Source: Mobula hypostoma (lineage: Eukaryota). From it: 64,000 bases of DNA. Positions within the stretch are counted from its first letter, which is position 1. Each line of letters starts with the position of its first letter. The stretch covers positions 97,156,001 to 97,220,000 of the forward strand of contig NC_086107.1 of NCBI RefSeq assembly GCF_963921235.1, read 5' to 3'. The translations under genes and the position numbers were made by a program. The notes beneath the pieces were generated by a model. The model searched no databases. It had not been told where the DNA came from and saw only the letters and a program-made list of their open reading frames with translations. Positions 24,692-36,099 of the stretch are shown here, one piece after another.

Positions 24692-24925
24692 GAGTGTCAA
24701 AATGGCTGTTGTGACACGTCTAGTGTGGTAGTGCAGTGAGTGGTGGTTGTCACTCTCACTTTCAGTTTCCAGCACTGGCTAGCAGTCTTGCGAAGAGGAG
24801 AGCTGAATGTGTAAGTCCCTCCCTGCCCGTACACAGCCCCTCCGCCAGCAAGCCTCAGATAGTGCCTCCTCACTGGGGACACACGGAAACTGAACTCCTT
24901 TCAGACCCAGGCTCAACTACAGAGG
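24692..24925 (+). ncRNA. Candidate HDV-like ribozyme (decayed)
   Basis: P1 24692-24698/24878-24884, P2 24853-24863/24916-24925, P3 GCC/GGG around L3 TCCTCACT, P1.1 GG, P4 CTGAA/TTCAG. Confidence 0.55.
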
Positions 24926-25318
24926 ATGGGGAGGAGGTCTGGCCCCTGCTCACTTACCACCCAGGCTCATGGTGTGTGGACATGCCCCGGTGCTTGTGAT
25001 CCAGATCCCCAGCTATGGGTAATTAGCTCCACTGCCTCGTGGGCAGCCTCGGGAGAGACGAAGGCTACGGGAGTAAACCCAGACAGCAAATCCGGAGTGG
25101 AGACCCTAAGGCGGCTGGACATCATTGAACATCCTTCCGGCAGCTCCTGGAACCAAGCTGGTGGAAATTGCTTCGTAAGCTTTCCTTTGGACTACACTGG
25201 TGAGGCTGAGAGGGGCATATTGACAACTGGGCATCTCAGGATCTCCATACCTTCCACCCAGGCTTGTGATGATCACCATCACCCATTGTCCATCAAGACA
25301 GATGGATGCCAACCAACT
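24692..25318 (+). mobile_element. RTE-derived non-autonomous element
   Basis: RTE-like GGCTACGGGAGTAAACCC segment and AGACAGATGGATGCCAACCAAC end; second partial copy at 57280-57600 (minus). Confidence 0.65.
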
Positions 25319-25629
25319 TTTAGGCTCTCTTCTTCTCATGTCCTCAACGTTTACTGCTTAATTATTTATTATTATTTTTCTCTTTTCTTTTATATTTTTC
25401 AGTTTGTTACTTTTTTTTGCACAATAGTTGTTGTCCATCCTGTTGGGTGAGATCTTTCATTGATTCTATTGTGTTTCCTGCAGCTGCTATGAATGCCCAC
25501 AAGAAAATGAATCTCAGGGTTGCATATGGTGACATATATGTACTTTGAAGATAATCCTTTCACTATATTTCAGTGACAATAATAAACCAATTCCAAATAT
25601 TGTAAGCTAATATATTCCCACAATGTGTG

Positions 25630-26025
25630 TAATATATATTTTATATATTTTTTTCCCCACTTTTTTTCTCTCTCTCTTTTTTCTCCCTCTGTCCCTCTCA
25701 CTATAACTTCTTGCCTGCTCTCCACCCTCTGGTTTCCCCTCCCCTCTTCTCTTTCTCCCCAGAGTTCCCGTCCCATGATCCTCTCCCTTCTCCAGCCTGG
25801 TATCCCTTTTGCCAATCACCTGTCCAGCTCTTGGCTCCATCCCTCCCCTCCTGTCTTCTCCTATCATTTCGGATCTCCCCCTCCCCATCTCACTTTCAAA
25901 TCTCTTACTATCTCTCCTTTCAGTTAGTCCTGACGAAGGGTCCCGGCCCGAAACGTCGACTGTACCTCTTCCTATAGATGCTGCCTGGCCTGCTGCGTTC
26001 ACCAGCACTTTTTGTGTGTGTTGGT
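25630..26025 (+). mobile_element. Penelope-like element 3' UTR/terminal repeat
   Basis: Pyrimidine-rich tract and terminus homologous to the 3' end of the PLE at 59911-61038. Confidence 0.8.
25925..25962 (+). ncRNA. Minimal type I hammerhead ribozyme
   Basis: TAGTC CTGACGA A GGGT-CCCG-GCCC GAAA C GTC GACTG: intact core, stems I and II, palindromic minimal stem III. Confidence 0.75.
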
Positions 26026-26221
26026 TGAAGTGTGAAATGAGTTGTTTATAGGTTGATTGGACACCATTGTGAACTCCCTGCAAGGCCTCCTACTTTGGCC
26101 CATAATGACATTTAAAGGACACAGGAACCCTAAACAGAGAGCTCACTACTCCTGGTACTTACAACATATCAGATATGTATCGTTATATGTATATAACATC
26201 ATTGCATTAACAACATGGCTT

Positions 26222-26880
26222 AGGGAGAGAGGAGAAGATGGCGACGCGACGCAACGCGTGCAGCCGTTCCGAATGAATATCGTATGTGTAACTAGAGGAG
26301 CCGTGCACAATCCGGATTTGATGGAGACAGCCGTGAGAGTACGGAGGAACATCTGGAGTAACTTCTGAAATGCCTGCTTCGCTGCCACTGCTACTGTGCG
26401 ATCCAGAATCTCCGGAGACAAAGGCCCCAAATCCTCGGCTTTGCCTAGTGCTTGTTGCCGGGGCTGGGGTCGAGGTGCTCGGCAGAGATGGTGCTTGGTG
26501 CTTGGTGCTTGGTGTCGGAGAGGTGGTCAGAGGCTCGGAGTTTTCGGACGGAATCGGAGTCGGACTGTGGTCGGATGCTTCCAGGATGCTGCATCGGCAA
26601 GTTGGTGGCGCTGGAGGTTTACTGTCTGCGTGAGATGATGGGACTTTCGAGAGACTTTGAGACTTTACCGTGCCATGGTCTGTTCTTATCAAATTACGGT
26701 ATTGCTTTGCACTGTTGTAACTATATGTTATAATTATATTGTTTTTGTTAGTTTTTAAGTTGGTTCGTCATGTGTTTTCATGATATTATTCTGGAAAAAC
26801 ATTGTATCATTTTCTTAATGCATGTATTACTAAATGACAATAAAAGAGGACTGCGTGTCCTCATAATCTAATCTAATCTA
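26222..26880 (+). mobile_element. ~640-bp non-autonomous retroelement, copy 3
   Basis: GGAGAAGATGGCGACGC head and (ATCTA)n tail. Confidence 0.85.
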
Positions 26881-27079
26881 TTACCATGTAATGCATCAAT
26901 TCTGCACAGGGCCATTGTTTTTTAAGATGATTAAGTCTGAAAGTAAAGATGGACATCATTTTAAAACTGATTAGAAGTAAAGGTATTGAATTCAATGAAA
27001 AAATATTGTGTTCTGCCCAATTAGGTTCTGAATTATTTTTCATGACTTTTGAACTCAATGCCTCAACCAATAAAGGCAA

Positions 27080-27242
27080 ACATATGAAATAGGAGCAGGA
27101 GTCGGCCATCTGGCCTGTCGAGCCTGCTCCGCCATTCAATAAGATCGTGGCTGATCTGGCCATGGACCCATCTCCACCTACCTGCCTTTTCCCCATAACC
27201 CTTAATTCCCCTACTAGGCAAAAATCTACCCAACCTTGTCAA
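27080..27242 (-). mobile_element. CR1 3' end
   Basis: Typical CR1 3' UTR ending GGCCGACTCCTGCTCCTATT on the minus strand. Confidence 0.8.
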
Positions 27243-27269
27243 ACTCACCATATGCCTTCTTAACCACCT

Positions 27270-30200
27270 TGCAGGAGCCATATATCTGTTCTCTAACTCT
27301 GTTGCACATTTATTATTTATTATGCTCACTAGTCACATTAAGGGGGGTGTGGTAAAAGCGAAGGGAATAAGTTAAATATTCTTGTTTATTTCATGGCAGT
27401 ATGTAACTTGGGATCGGTGAAGGTCAAATCTTTTGCTGAGATAACACTCAATAATTCTTAATGGTATGTTTGCTAATTGCTAATAAAGGATCGAATAAAG
27501 GGTTCGACTTTGGGAGCAATCATTGGAGCTGTGGGTGCAACAGTCTGTACAGTCGCAGGCAAGCGGCAATTGGCTTGTTTTGATTTTGGATTAGTTTTGC
27601 TGCTACATTTCTGTCAACAAAAGTTTCAGCAGTTATACCAAATGAGCATCAGCATTTGATGTGTCTGAGAAATTAGAAGCACCACAGACAGCCTGGAGCA
27701 GTTTGTGGCAAGCAACAACCCTTCATTGATTCATGTTGCATGTTTTTGGGTTTGAAACACAGTTTTGAATGGTCATCGCTGCCGTGTCCAGCTGGGTTGG
27801 GCTGAAAAGCTGTATGGTGGTGTTTGCCTCAGTTGTTTGACCCTTGATTCTGTTGAAACGCTGAAGAATTGCATCGCTTCCATTGTTGAAAGTTGAATTG
27901 AAACTGCCATTGTTTTGTCTGGTTTGCGCACTTGTAAGACAAAATGAGTTCAGCGGGAAGCAGTGACCTTGAAGCTAAGATTATGAGAGAAACTTAATAC
28001 TGGGGAAAGTAAAATATTTACAAAATCATAGGACAGTCTGTGACTACATATAAAGAAGATGAGTAATCGGATGATGATGTATGCACTGACAATGGCGTGT
28101 CTAATGTACATGCAACTCGTTCTGCAGCCAGTAGCAAAACATTCTGTGTGTTTGGCACCACATTAGCATGAGTAGTACAGTGGCTGATTTAGCAGAGTTA
28201 TACACAAGGCAACAAATATTGAGGGATAAACATGCTCTGGAAGGAAAAAAAATGGAACGGCTTTGAAGAAACCAGGAACAGATGGAAGTGCAACTGACGA
28301 TGAAGATGGAAGAGCTTAAGCTGCAGGAAGAAACTGCAGCCAAGATAGTCAGAATTTAAGTGCTAAGGGCTTCAGGTGCTGTGAATGCTAAACATGCTCC
28401 AGCAGGACAGTTCTGTGATGAGAGTTCCTATGTTGACATGGAACAGGGGAAGTCCAACATACTCAATATCAAGGTGAATACCTTTAAGAAACAAAGGAGC
28501 CATGAGTTTTCACCCCAAGGGGTAGTTCAGGGTGTTCACTCTCAGCCTGCACCAAGGAATCACTCTGAGCCGATGCCATATCCAATAACACAAGGTGCTC
28601 CAGAAAACATTGTTCTACGGTATGGAGATGCTCGTGTTTCAGATGGTAAAGGTCTAAATGCCGAGCTGGAGGCCATAAGGACGTGAAAGGAAATAACAAG
28701 CATAGTGACGCAACAACAATGCATTGCATCTCTACCTAAAAGAGAGATTCAACTCTTCGATGGCAATCCATTGCAGTCCCATTCCTTCATGAAAGCTTTC
28801 AAGAATATCATTGAAAACAAGACTGATAATTATAGTGACTGTCTCTCTTCTCTTGAACAGTTCACTGGAGATTGTCCAAAAGTTTCCAGTGGGCCAGCGC
28901 GGAGCAAAGATATCTAAAGGACCAGGCTTTAACCTCAGGAACATTTTGGTGATGAGCACAAAATTGCAGTGGCCTACAAGGAAAAGGGTCTTTCTTTGCC
29001 ACATATCAAATCAGAGGACGCGTAAGCTCTTCAAGATGATAGTCTTTTTTCTTAGAGGCTGTTGCAATGCCATGGAAAACAGAAGTGGAACATACCTGCT
29101 GATAGGAGGATTGTCATAAATAAATTGCCCGATGATCTTTGAAAAGAATGGAGATGGGCGGTCTGTAAACCGCAAAAGAGGCACAACAGTAAGGTTACTT
29201 TCACTGACATTGTTGATTTTATTGAAAAGCAAGTGAAGATTGCTGCACATTCAGTGTTTGAGAAAGAAATACATTGCTAAATCACCAACCGTAGGCAAAT
29301 GTGTGAACAAAACTGGGTCACAAATTTCTTCTTAAGCTAAGGGAAGCAGCTTTCCAACTCCTGTGACTACTGTGGAAAGTGAAACTGAGCCCAGAGCTGA
29401 TAAGAGGGATGCAGATTCGAAACAAGCCATGAATGAAACAAACACAGCAGTAAGTAACACCCTTGTAACTAATGGGGGCTGGTGATCATGATTGTAAACT
29501 TCCTATAATTCCAGTTCGGGTGAAGTCTAAGAGGAGTAACAAGACTGGTTTTATCCTTTTGTAAATCAAGGAAGTACCACAGTGTTCTGCACAGAGAGCC
29601 TCATGAACAAGTTCAACCTGACAGGAAAAAGAACGTGCATCCTGCCGAAGGGTCTCGGCCCGAAATGTTGACTATTTCCTCTTTTCCATAGATGCTGCCA
29701 GGTCTCCTGAGTTCCTCCAGGAATTTGTGTGTTTTGCTTCTCTTATGCATGATAAGTCAAGAGAAGATCGAGCACAGCTACGCCATTTCAGGATTGGAAG
29801 AGGCTGGCTTAGATAATGAAAGCTATTATGAACTGCCTGACTTGTATACACAAGAACGTATGCCTGTCCGCATAGGGAATATTCCTTGTCAGTGAGATCT
29901 TCAGGAATGGTCTCACTTGAAGCATGTTTATTTGCCGGAAATTAAGTCAGAAATTGAGCTACTGATAGGGGTGAATGTTCCCGAGGCACTGGAGCTGTGG
30001 CAAGCGATTTGCAGTGTTAATGATGAACCCTATGCAATCAGCACAGTGCTGGGTTGGATTGTTAATGGATCATGGAAAGGAAACTGTGGTGGTGGAAGAG
30101 ACTACACTTGTCCAGAGCTGACAGTGAATGGGACCTCAGTTTTTCACTTGGATAAGCTTTGGTAGCTGAGATTCAAGACAGAATTTCCTGATTGCAGTCA

Positions 30201-30703
30201 AGAAGGACAACCTGGGTTGGCAGGAGAAGATCATAATCCAGGACAGACTGCTTACCAAAATAGGACGTTGAGATTTTGTGTCTCTTGTGTTTGGCAGCAT
30301 GTAGTTGTAATCATCCTAGTATAATAATTGGGGAGTTGAAATGTAGGAGCCATGTATCTATTCTCTCCCATGTATTGTATTCTGTGTTGTGCATTTATTG
30401 TGGTAACTAGTCACATTAGAGCAGGGTATGGTAAAAGCGAAGGGAATAAGTCACGTATTCTTGCTTATTTCATGGCAGTTTGTAGCTTGGGACCGGCAGA
30501 GGTTGAATCTTTTGCTGACCACTGAGATAGCGCTCAATAATGTGTAACTGTAGTTTGCTGTTGCTAATAAAGGATCGAATAAAAGGTTCTACTTTTAGAG
30601 CAATCATTGGAGCTGTGGGCGCATCACACAAGTATGAAAGTCCGTACGGTCTCAGGCAAGCAGCAACTGTTTTGCTTTGTTTTGGATTACTTTTGCCACT
30701 GCA
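27270..30703 (+). mobile_element. Internally deleted BEL/Pao LTR retrotransposon
   Basis: LTRs 27270-27607 and 30342-30703 (TG...CA), TSD CACCT/CACCC, PPT-like ATTGGGGAGTTGAAA; gag-like SLPKREIQLFDGNPL and protease-region IELLIGVNVPEAL...PYAISTVLGW. Confidence 0.85.
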
Positions 30704-30928
30704 CACCCTGTCATCCTGTGTAGCTACTTTCAGGGAGCTATGAACTTGGACCCCAAGATCCCTCTGCTCTTCAACACTGTTAAGGGTCTTGCCCTTTTTA
30801 CATTTGATCTACCAAGGTACAACGCTTCATACTCGGACAGGTTAAACTCCATCTGCCATTTCTCTGCCCTATGTCCTGTTGTATTCTTTGCCAGTCACCT
30901 AGGCTATCCACAGCACCACCAATCTTGT

Positions 30929-32059
30929 AGAGTGGATAGGGGAGAACCAGTGGATGTGGTATATTTGGATTTTCAAAAGGCTTTTGACAAGGTCCCACAC
31001 AGGAGATTAGTGTGCAAACTTAAAGCACATGGTATTGGGGGTAAGGTATTGGTGTGGGTGGAGAATTGGTTAGCAGACAGGAAGCAAAGAGTGGGAATAA
31101 ACGGGACCTTTTCAGAATGGCAGGCGGTGACTAGTGGGGTACCGCAAGGCTCAGTGCTGGGACCCCAGTTGTTTACAATATATATTAATGACTTGGATGA
31201 GGGAATTAAATGCAGCATCTCCAAGTTTGCGGATGACACAAAGCTGGGTGGCAGTGTTAGCAGTGAGGAGGATGCTAAGAGGATGCAGGGTGACTTGGAT
31301 AGGTTGGGTGAGTGGGCAAACTCATGGCAGATGCAATTTAATGTGGATAAATGTGAAGTTATCCACTTTGGTGGCAAAAATAGGAAAACAGATTATTATC
31401 TGAATGGTGGCCGATTAGGAAAAGGGGAGGTGCAACGAGACCTGGGTGTCATTATACACCAGTCATTGAAAGTGGGCATGCAGGTACAGCAGGCGGTGAA
31501 AAAGGCGAACGGTATGCTGGCATTTATAGCGAGAGGATTCGAGTACAGGAGCAGGGAGGTACTACTGCAGTTGTACAAGGCCTTGGTGAGACCACACCTG
31601 GAGTATTGTGTGCAGTTTTGGTCCCCTAATCTGAGGAAAGACATCCTTGCCATAGAGGGAGTACAAAGAAGGTTCACCAGATTGATTCCTGGGATGGCAG
31701 GTCTTTCATATGAAGAAAGACTGGATGAACTGGGCTTGTACTCGTTGGAATTTAGAAGATTGAGGGGGGATCTGATTGAAACGTATAAGATCCTAAAGGG
31801 ATTGGACAGGCTAGATGCGGGAAGATTGTTCCCGATGTTGGGGAGGTCTAGAACGAGGGGTCACAGTTTGAGGATAGAGGGGAAGCCTTTTAGGACCGAG
31901 GTTAGGAAAAACTTCTTCACACAGAGAGTGGTGAATCTGTGGAATTCTCTGCCACAGCAAACTGTTGAGGCCAGTTCATTAGCTATGTTTAAAAGGAAGT
32001 TAGATATGGCCCTTGTGGCTACAGGGGTCAGGGGGTATGGAGGGAAGGCTGGGTTCTGA
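30929..32059 (+). CDS. Partial CR1 ORF2 reverse transcriptase (no true start)
   Basis: [32 protein letters not shown] motifs in one frame. Confidence 0.85.
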   Translation, partial: RVDRGEPVDVVYLDFQKAFDKVPHRRLVCKLKAHGIGGKVLVWVENWLADRKQRVGINGTFSEWQAVTSGVPQGSVLGPQLFTIYINDLDEGIKCSISKFADDTKLGGSVSSEEDAKRMQGDLDRLGEWANSWQMQFNVDKCEVIHFGGKNRKTDYYLNGGRLGKGEVQRDLGVIIHQSLKVGMQVQQAVKKANGMLAFIARGFEYRSREVLLQLYKALVRPHLEYCVQFWSPNLRKDILAIEGVQRRFTRLIPGMAGLSYEERLDELGLYSLEFRRLRGDLIETYKILKGLDRLDAGRLFPMLGRSRTRGHSLRIEGKPFRTEVRKNFFTQRVVNLWNSLPQQTVEASSLAMFKRKLDMALVATGVRGYGGKAGF

Positions 32060-32157
32060 GTTGGATGATCAGCCATGATCATAATAAATGGCGGTGCAGG
32101 CTCGAAGGGCCGAATGGCCTACTCCTGCACCTATTTTCTATGTTTCTATGTTTCTAT
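30929..32157 (+). mobile_element. Young 5'-truncated CR1 LINE
   Basis: Uninterrupted RT frame, 3' UTR and (TTTCTATG)n tail; inserted into an older antisense CR1. Confidence 0.95.
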
Positions 32158-32839
32158 ATCATCTGCAAACTTACTAACCCACCCACCTACATTTTCATCC
32201 AGGTTATTTCTAAATTAGTTGAAATAAGCTCTGTAACTCCGAAGGTCTGCATCGCAAAAAGAATTTCTTCATCTCTGTCCCGAATTGGTGACCACCTCTG
32301 TCTTGATACCATGCCCATTACTACTTAGTGGAATATTAGTTCAGCATCAACCTGGCCAGGCTTGCCCAAGGTCTGTCCAGATGAAGAGTTTTGCAACAGT
32401 ATGTTTTTTAATGGAATAAGTACATTTAATGTCAGAGCAATGTATACAATATGCATCCCGAAACTCTTTTTCTTCAAAAATATTCACAAAAACAGAGGAG
32501 TGCCCCAAAGAATGAATGACAGTTAAAACTCAGAGAGGCAGAGTGGAGTCAAGATGGCGCTAAATGGCGACTCCTTTGTTTGCATCTTCGGAAACAACTC
32601 TATTTCTATCTTTGATATCTCCTTTTCAAGGTTCTTTTGAAGACCCTGACCTGGAGTTACACTCTGACCTTGGTTCTTTGCAGGAATGGAACCTGCTCTC
32701 AGGGCCTCACGACCGGCCGCTTTTTGGTATCCCAAGGAATACACTGGGTTTCAAATTTATTTTTATTACTAACATAAGGTTTGTTGGAGGAAAGCTAAAT
32801 ATGATTAAAATTAAACAAAAATAATCTCCTTAAGCTTCC

Positions 32840-33065
32840 GGAGACCGTAGTGGTTAGCACAACGCCTTACAGTACCAGTGATCCATGGTTCATTTCCCGC
32901 CGATGATGTAAGGAGTTTGTACGTTCTCCCTGTGACCCCATGGGTTTCCTCCCACAATTCAAAGGAGTACTGGCTCGGGGGATTAATTGGTCATTGTAGA
33001 TTGTCCCGTGATTAGAGTAAGGTTAAGTTAGGTCTTGCTGGTCAGCGTGACTCAAAGGTCTGGAA
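32840..33065 (+). mobile_element. V-SINE (HE1-like)
   Basis: GTAGTGGTTAGC head and V-domain GGAGTTTGTACGTTCTCCC. Confidence 0.75.
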
Positions 33066-33555
33066 GGGCCTTACTAAAATCCATATAGATCACATCCACT
33101 GCACTACCGTCATCTATATGCCTGGTCACCTCCTCAAAGAACTCTATCAGGCTTGTTAGACACGATCTGCCCTTCACAAAGCCATGCTGACTGTCCCTGA
33201 TCGGACCATGATTCTCTAAATGCCCAGAGATCCTATCTCTGAGAATCTTTTCCCACAGCTTTCCCACCACAGATGTAAGGCTCACTGGTCTATAAATACC
33301 CAGACTATCCCTACTACCTTTTTTGAACAAGGGGACAACATTCACCTCCCTCCAATCCTCTGGTACCATTCCTATAGAGAACGAGGACATAAAGATCATA
33401 GCCAGAGGCTTAGCAATCTCTTCCCTCGCCTCATGGAGGAGCCTGGGGAATATTCCATCAGGCCCCAGGGATTTATCCATCCTAATGTATCTTAACAACT
33501 CCAACACCTCCTCTCCCTTAGTATCACATGCTCCAGAACATCAACCTCACTCATA
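33065..33555 (-). mobile_element. CR1 ORF2 fragment
   Basis: ORF 33052-33507: KSLGPDGI...YRPVSLTS...QHGF...YMDFSKA. Confidence 0.9.
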
Positions 33556-33656
33556 TATTTAAGAAGGATGCATATATTTAAATATATGCAATGTATATAT
33601 TTAAGAAAGGATGCATATATTTAAAAATATATGATGTATATATTTAAGAAAGGATA
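33553..33656. repeat. AT-rich ~42-bp tandem repeat, ~2.5 copies
   Basis: ATATATTTAAGAA(A)GGAT recurs three times. Confidence 0.8.
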
Positions 33657-34059
33657 TGGAACATTACCAAAACACTATGAACGAATCAGCTTGAAACTGA
33701 TAGGAGGAAAATAATTGAATCCTCACTGAAGCGAGATCTAGAAAAAATATTCAGAAATCAAACTATAATAACATGGATTTTCAAAGTGGGAACTCTTACT
33801 TGAGGAACCTCATAGGGTTCTTTGAAGTTAGAGAGAGTAGGATAATGATAGAAGACGAGATTAACCCTGACTTGATTCTGTAATGTTTTGGTAAACAGAG
33901 TTGAAGAAAGTAATGGAATGGAGAGTTATCTAGCTGTGAAATAAAATGGGACAAAAGTTAATGGCTGTTTTTATTCATTTTCAAGATGTAGTTGCAGGTG
34001 CTTGAGGGTATGCAGTAGCCAGCCATTTCTTGAACCACTGCAATCCTTTACAGTAGATG

Positions 34060-34305
34060 ATTATTCTAAGACAGCATTTCAGTTGAGCTGAGGGATCTCC
34101 CAGGTGTTCTGGGCAAACATTTACCTTGTAACCAGTGTGAAGTGAAATAGTTATCTGTTGATCTCACATTGAAGCTTCTGGGAGTGTGCCATATGCAGAT
34201 TGATGTATTGCCTTCATTAACAAAGCGACTCCACATCACTGGCCGTAAAGCACTTTGGCAACTTGTGAGACGGGCACCATAGGAATGCAAATCGTTTGTT
34301 TTTTT
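34060..34305 (+). mobile_element. Ancient Deu-domain SINE remnant
   Basis: Decayed match to the Deu-SINE 3' region (TGGCCGTAAAGCACTTTGG...AATGCAA); similar minus-strand remnants near 23950-24280. Confidence 0.5.
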
Positions 34306-35254
34306 GCTGAATTTTTTAGTCTTTCTTGTGTTCACTTGCAATTGAATGAATGGTCTAGCGGGACCCAGATATTCAGTCGAACTGTTTTTAGCTGCAAGAG
34401 TTATTATAAATCCTGTGCTCAATGCAGTCTTAAAACAGCATTTCACTTCCAAAGGCACTACTACCAGTGCTGAAATTACAAGGCAATAAAACTTCCCTGC
34501 TGTTTTCAGTTTTGCTGTCTCTCATCATAGTGTGCATTAAACCACAGGACAGAAGATGGGTGTGGGAAGTCCTATGCTGAGCTTAATGGTCTCGGCCGGG
34601 CTGTAGTGGAAGCCAGCCTTGGTTTAAAAAGCTGCAGGGTTTCAAGCTAATTCTCCCTTCATCATAGGAACAAAGGAAATCAAACAGGAATAGCCATTCG
34701 GCCCCTCACTCATGCCCTGTCTTCAGTAGGATTATGACTGATCTTTTTACTGCAGCAGTCTTTCCTGGACTATCCCAGTACTGGAAAAATAATGAGTGGA
34801 GCAATGTGTCTGACGCAAGTTCAATTATTTTCATTTTCTATCATGTCTATCATCACACATTGCCCAACATAACATTACAATGCAAGAAAGATGTCCCATT
34901 CACAGGCTGAGGACGTCTTGAAGCATTTTACCCAGTTCTGGAAATATTGCAACATAGGGAACCAGAGTATGCAATTGTTGCACAGTACACGAGACAGCAC
35001 AGAGGAGACTCAGTAGGATGTTGGCTGGAAGGAGGCACTGGAGAGGCTAGATCTTATTTTCCTGGAGTGGATGAGGTGAAGAAAAGACATGGTTGAAATT
35101 ATGATGGTAATGGATAAGAGTAGACTCTTCTTCCTTATCAGAGATGAATAAAACTCGAGGACATTGACTTAGGTTCCCATCCGCCTGGGTTAATGTTAGG
35201 GGTGTGTGACATAAAAAAGATTGGGAATGCCTGATTTAGCAAAAGGGGGAGAGA

Positions 35255-35890
35255 CATTATACTTTATTGTCGCCAAACAATTGATACTAGAACGTAGAAT
35301 CATCACAGCGATATTTGATTCTGCGCTTCCTGCTCCCTGGATTACAAATATTAAATATTAAAATAGTAAAAATTAGCAAATATAAAAATTTAAATTATAA
35401 TCATAAATAGAAAATAGAAAAATGGAAAATAAGGTAGCACAAAAAAACCGAGAGGCAGGTCCAGATATTTGGAGGGTACGGCCCAGATCCGGGTCAGGGT
35501 CTGTTCAGCAGTCTTATCACAGTTGGAAAGGAGCTGTTCCCAAATCTGGCCGTACGAGTCTTCAAGCTCCTGAGCCTTCTCCCAGAGGGAAGAGGGACGA
35601 AAAGTGTGTTGGCTGGGTGGGTCGTGTCCTTGATTATCCTGGCAGCACTGCTCTGACAGCGTGTGGTGTAAAGTGAGTCCAAGGACGGAAGATTGGTTTG
35701 TGTGATGTGTTCACGATCTTCTGCAGCTTCTTTCGGTCTTGGACAGGACAACTTCCACACCAGATTGCGATGCACCCCAGAAGAATGCTTTCTACGATGC
35801 ATCTATAAAAATTAGTGAGGGTTTTAGGGTACAGGCCAAACTTCTTTAGTTTTCTCAGGAAGTAAAGGCACTGGTGGGCCTTCTTGGCTT
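35255..35890 (-). mobile_element. Rex1/Babar-like LINE 3' fragment inside an old CR1
   Basis: IIKDTTHPANTLFVPLPSGRRLRS...SSFPTVIRLLN. Confidence 0.85.
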
Positions 35891-36099
35891 AGATAGGATC
35901 TGAGAGGAATCTTCTTATCCAGAGATTGGTGAGGACCTGGAACGTACTGCGAGAGTTGCAAGCAGAGACATTGACTCCGCTTAAAGGAATGTTGAAATGA
36001 ACTGTTAAATTACCAAGCATAATAGGCTATAGTCCAGGTGCCGGATGCTGAGATGAATATGGATGGGGTTTCTCTGGTTACCACAGGCATGGCAGTCTG

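Noticed and set aside
26207..26733. Overlapping ORFs in the 640-bp element as proteins
   Set aside because: Frames are not maintained among the four copies; they reflect GC-rich, stop-poor sequence
30677..30928. N-terminal part of the 460-aa ORF as a novel RT fusion protein
   Set aside because: Chance read-through across a BEL LTR end and antisense CR1 sequence; RT similarity begins only at 30929
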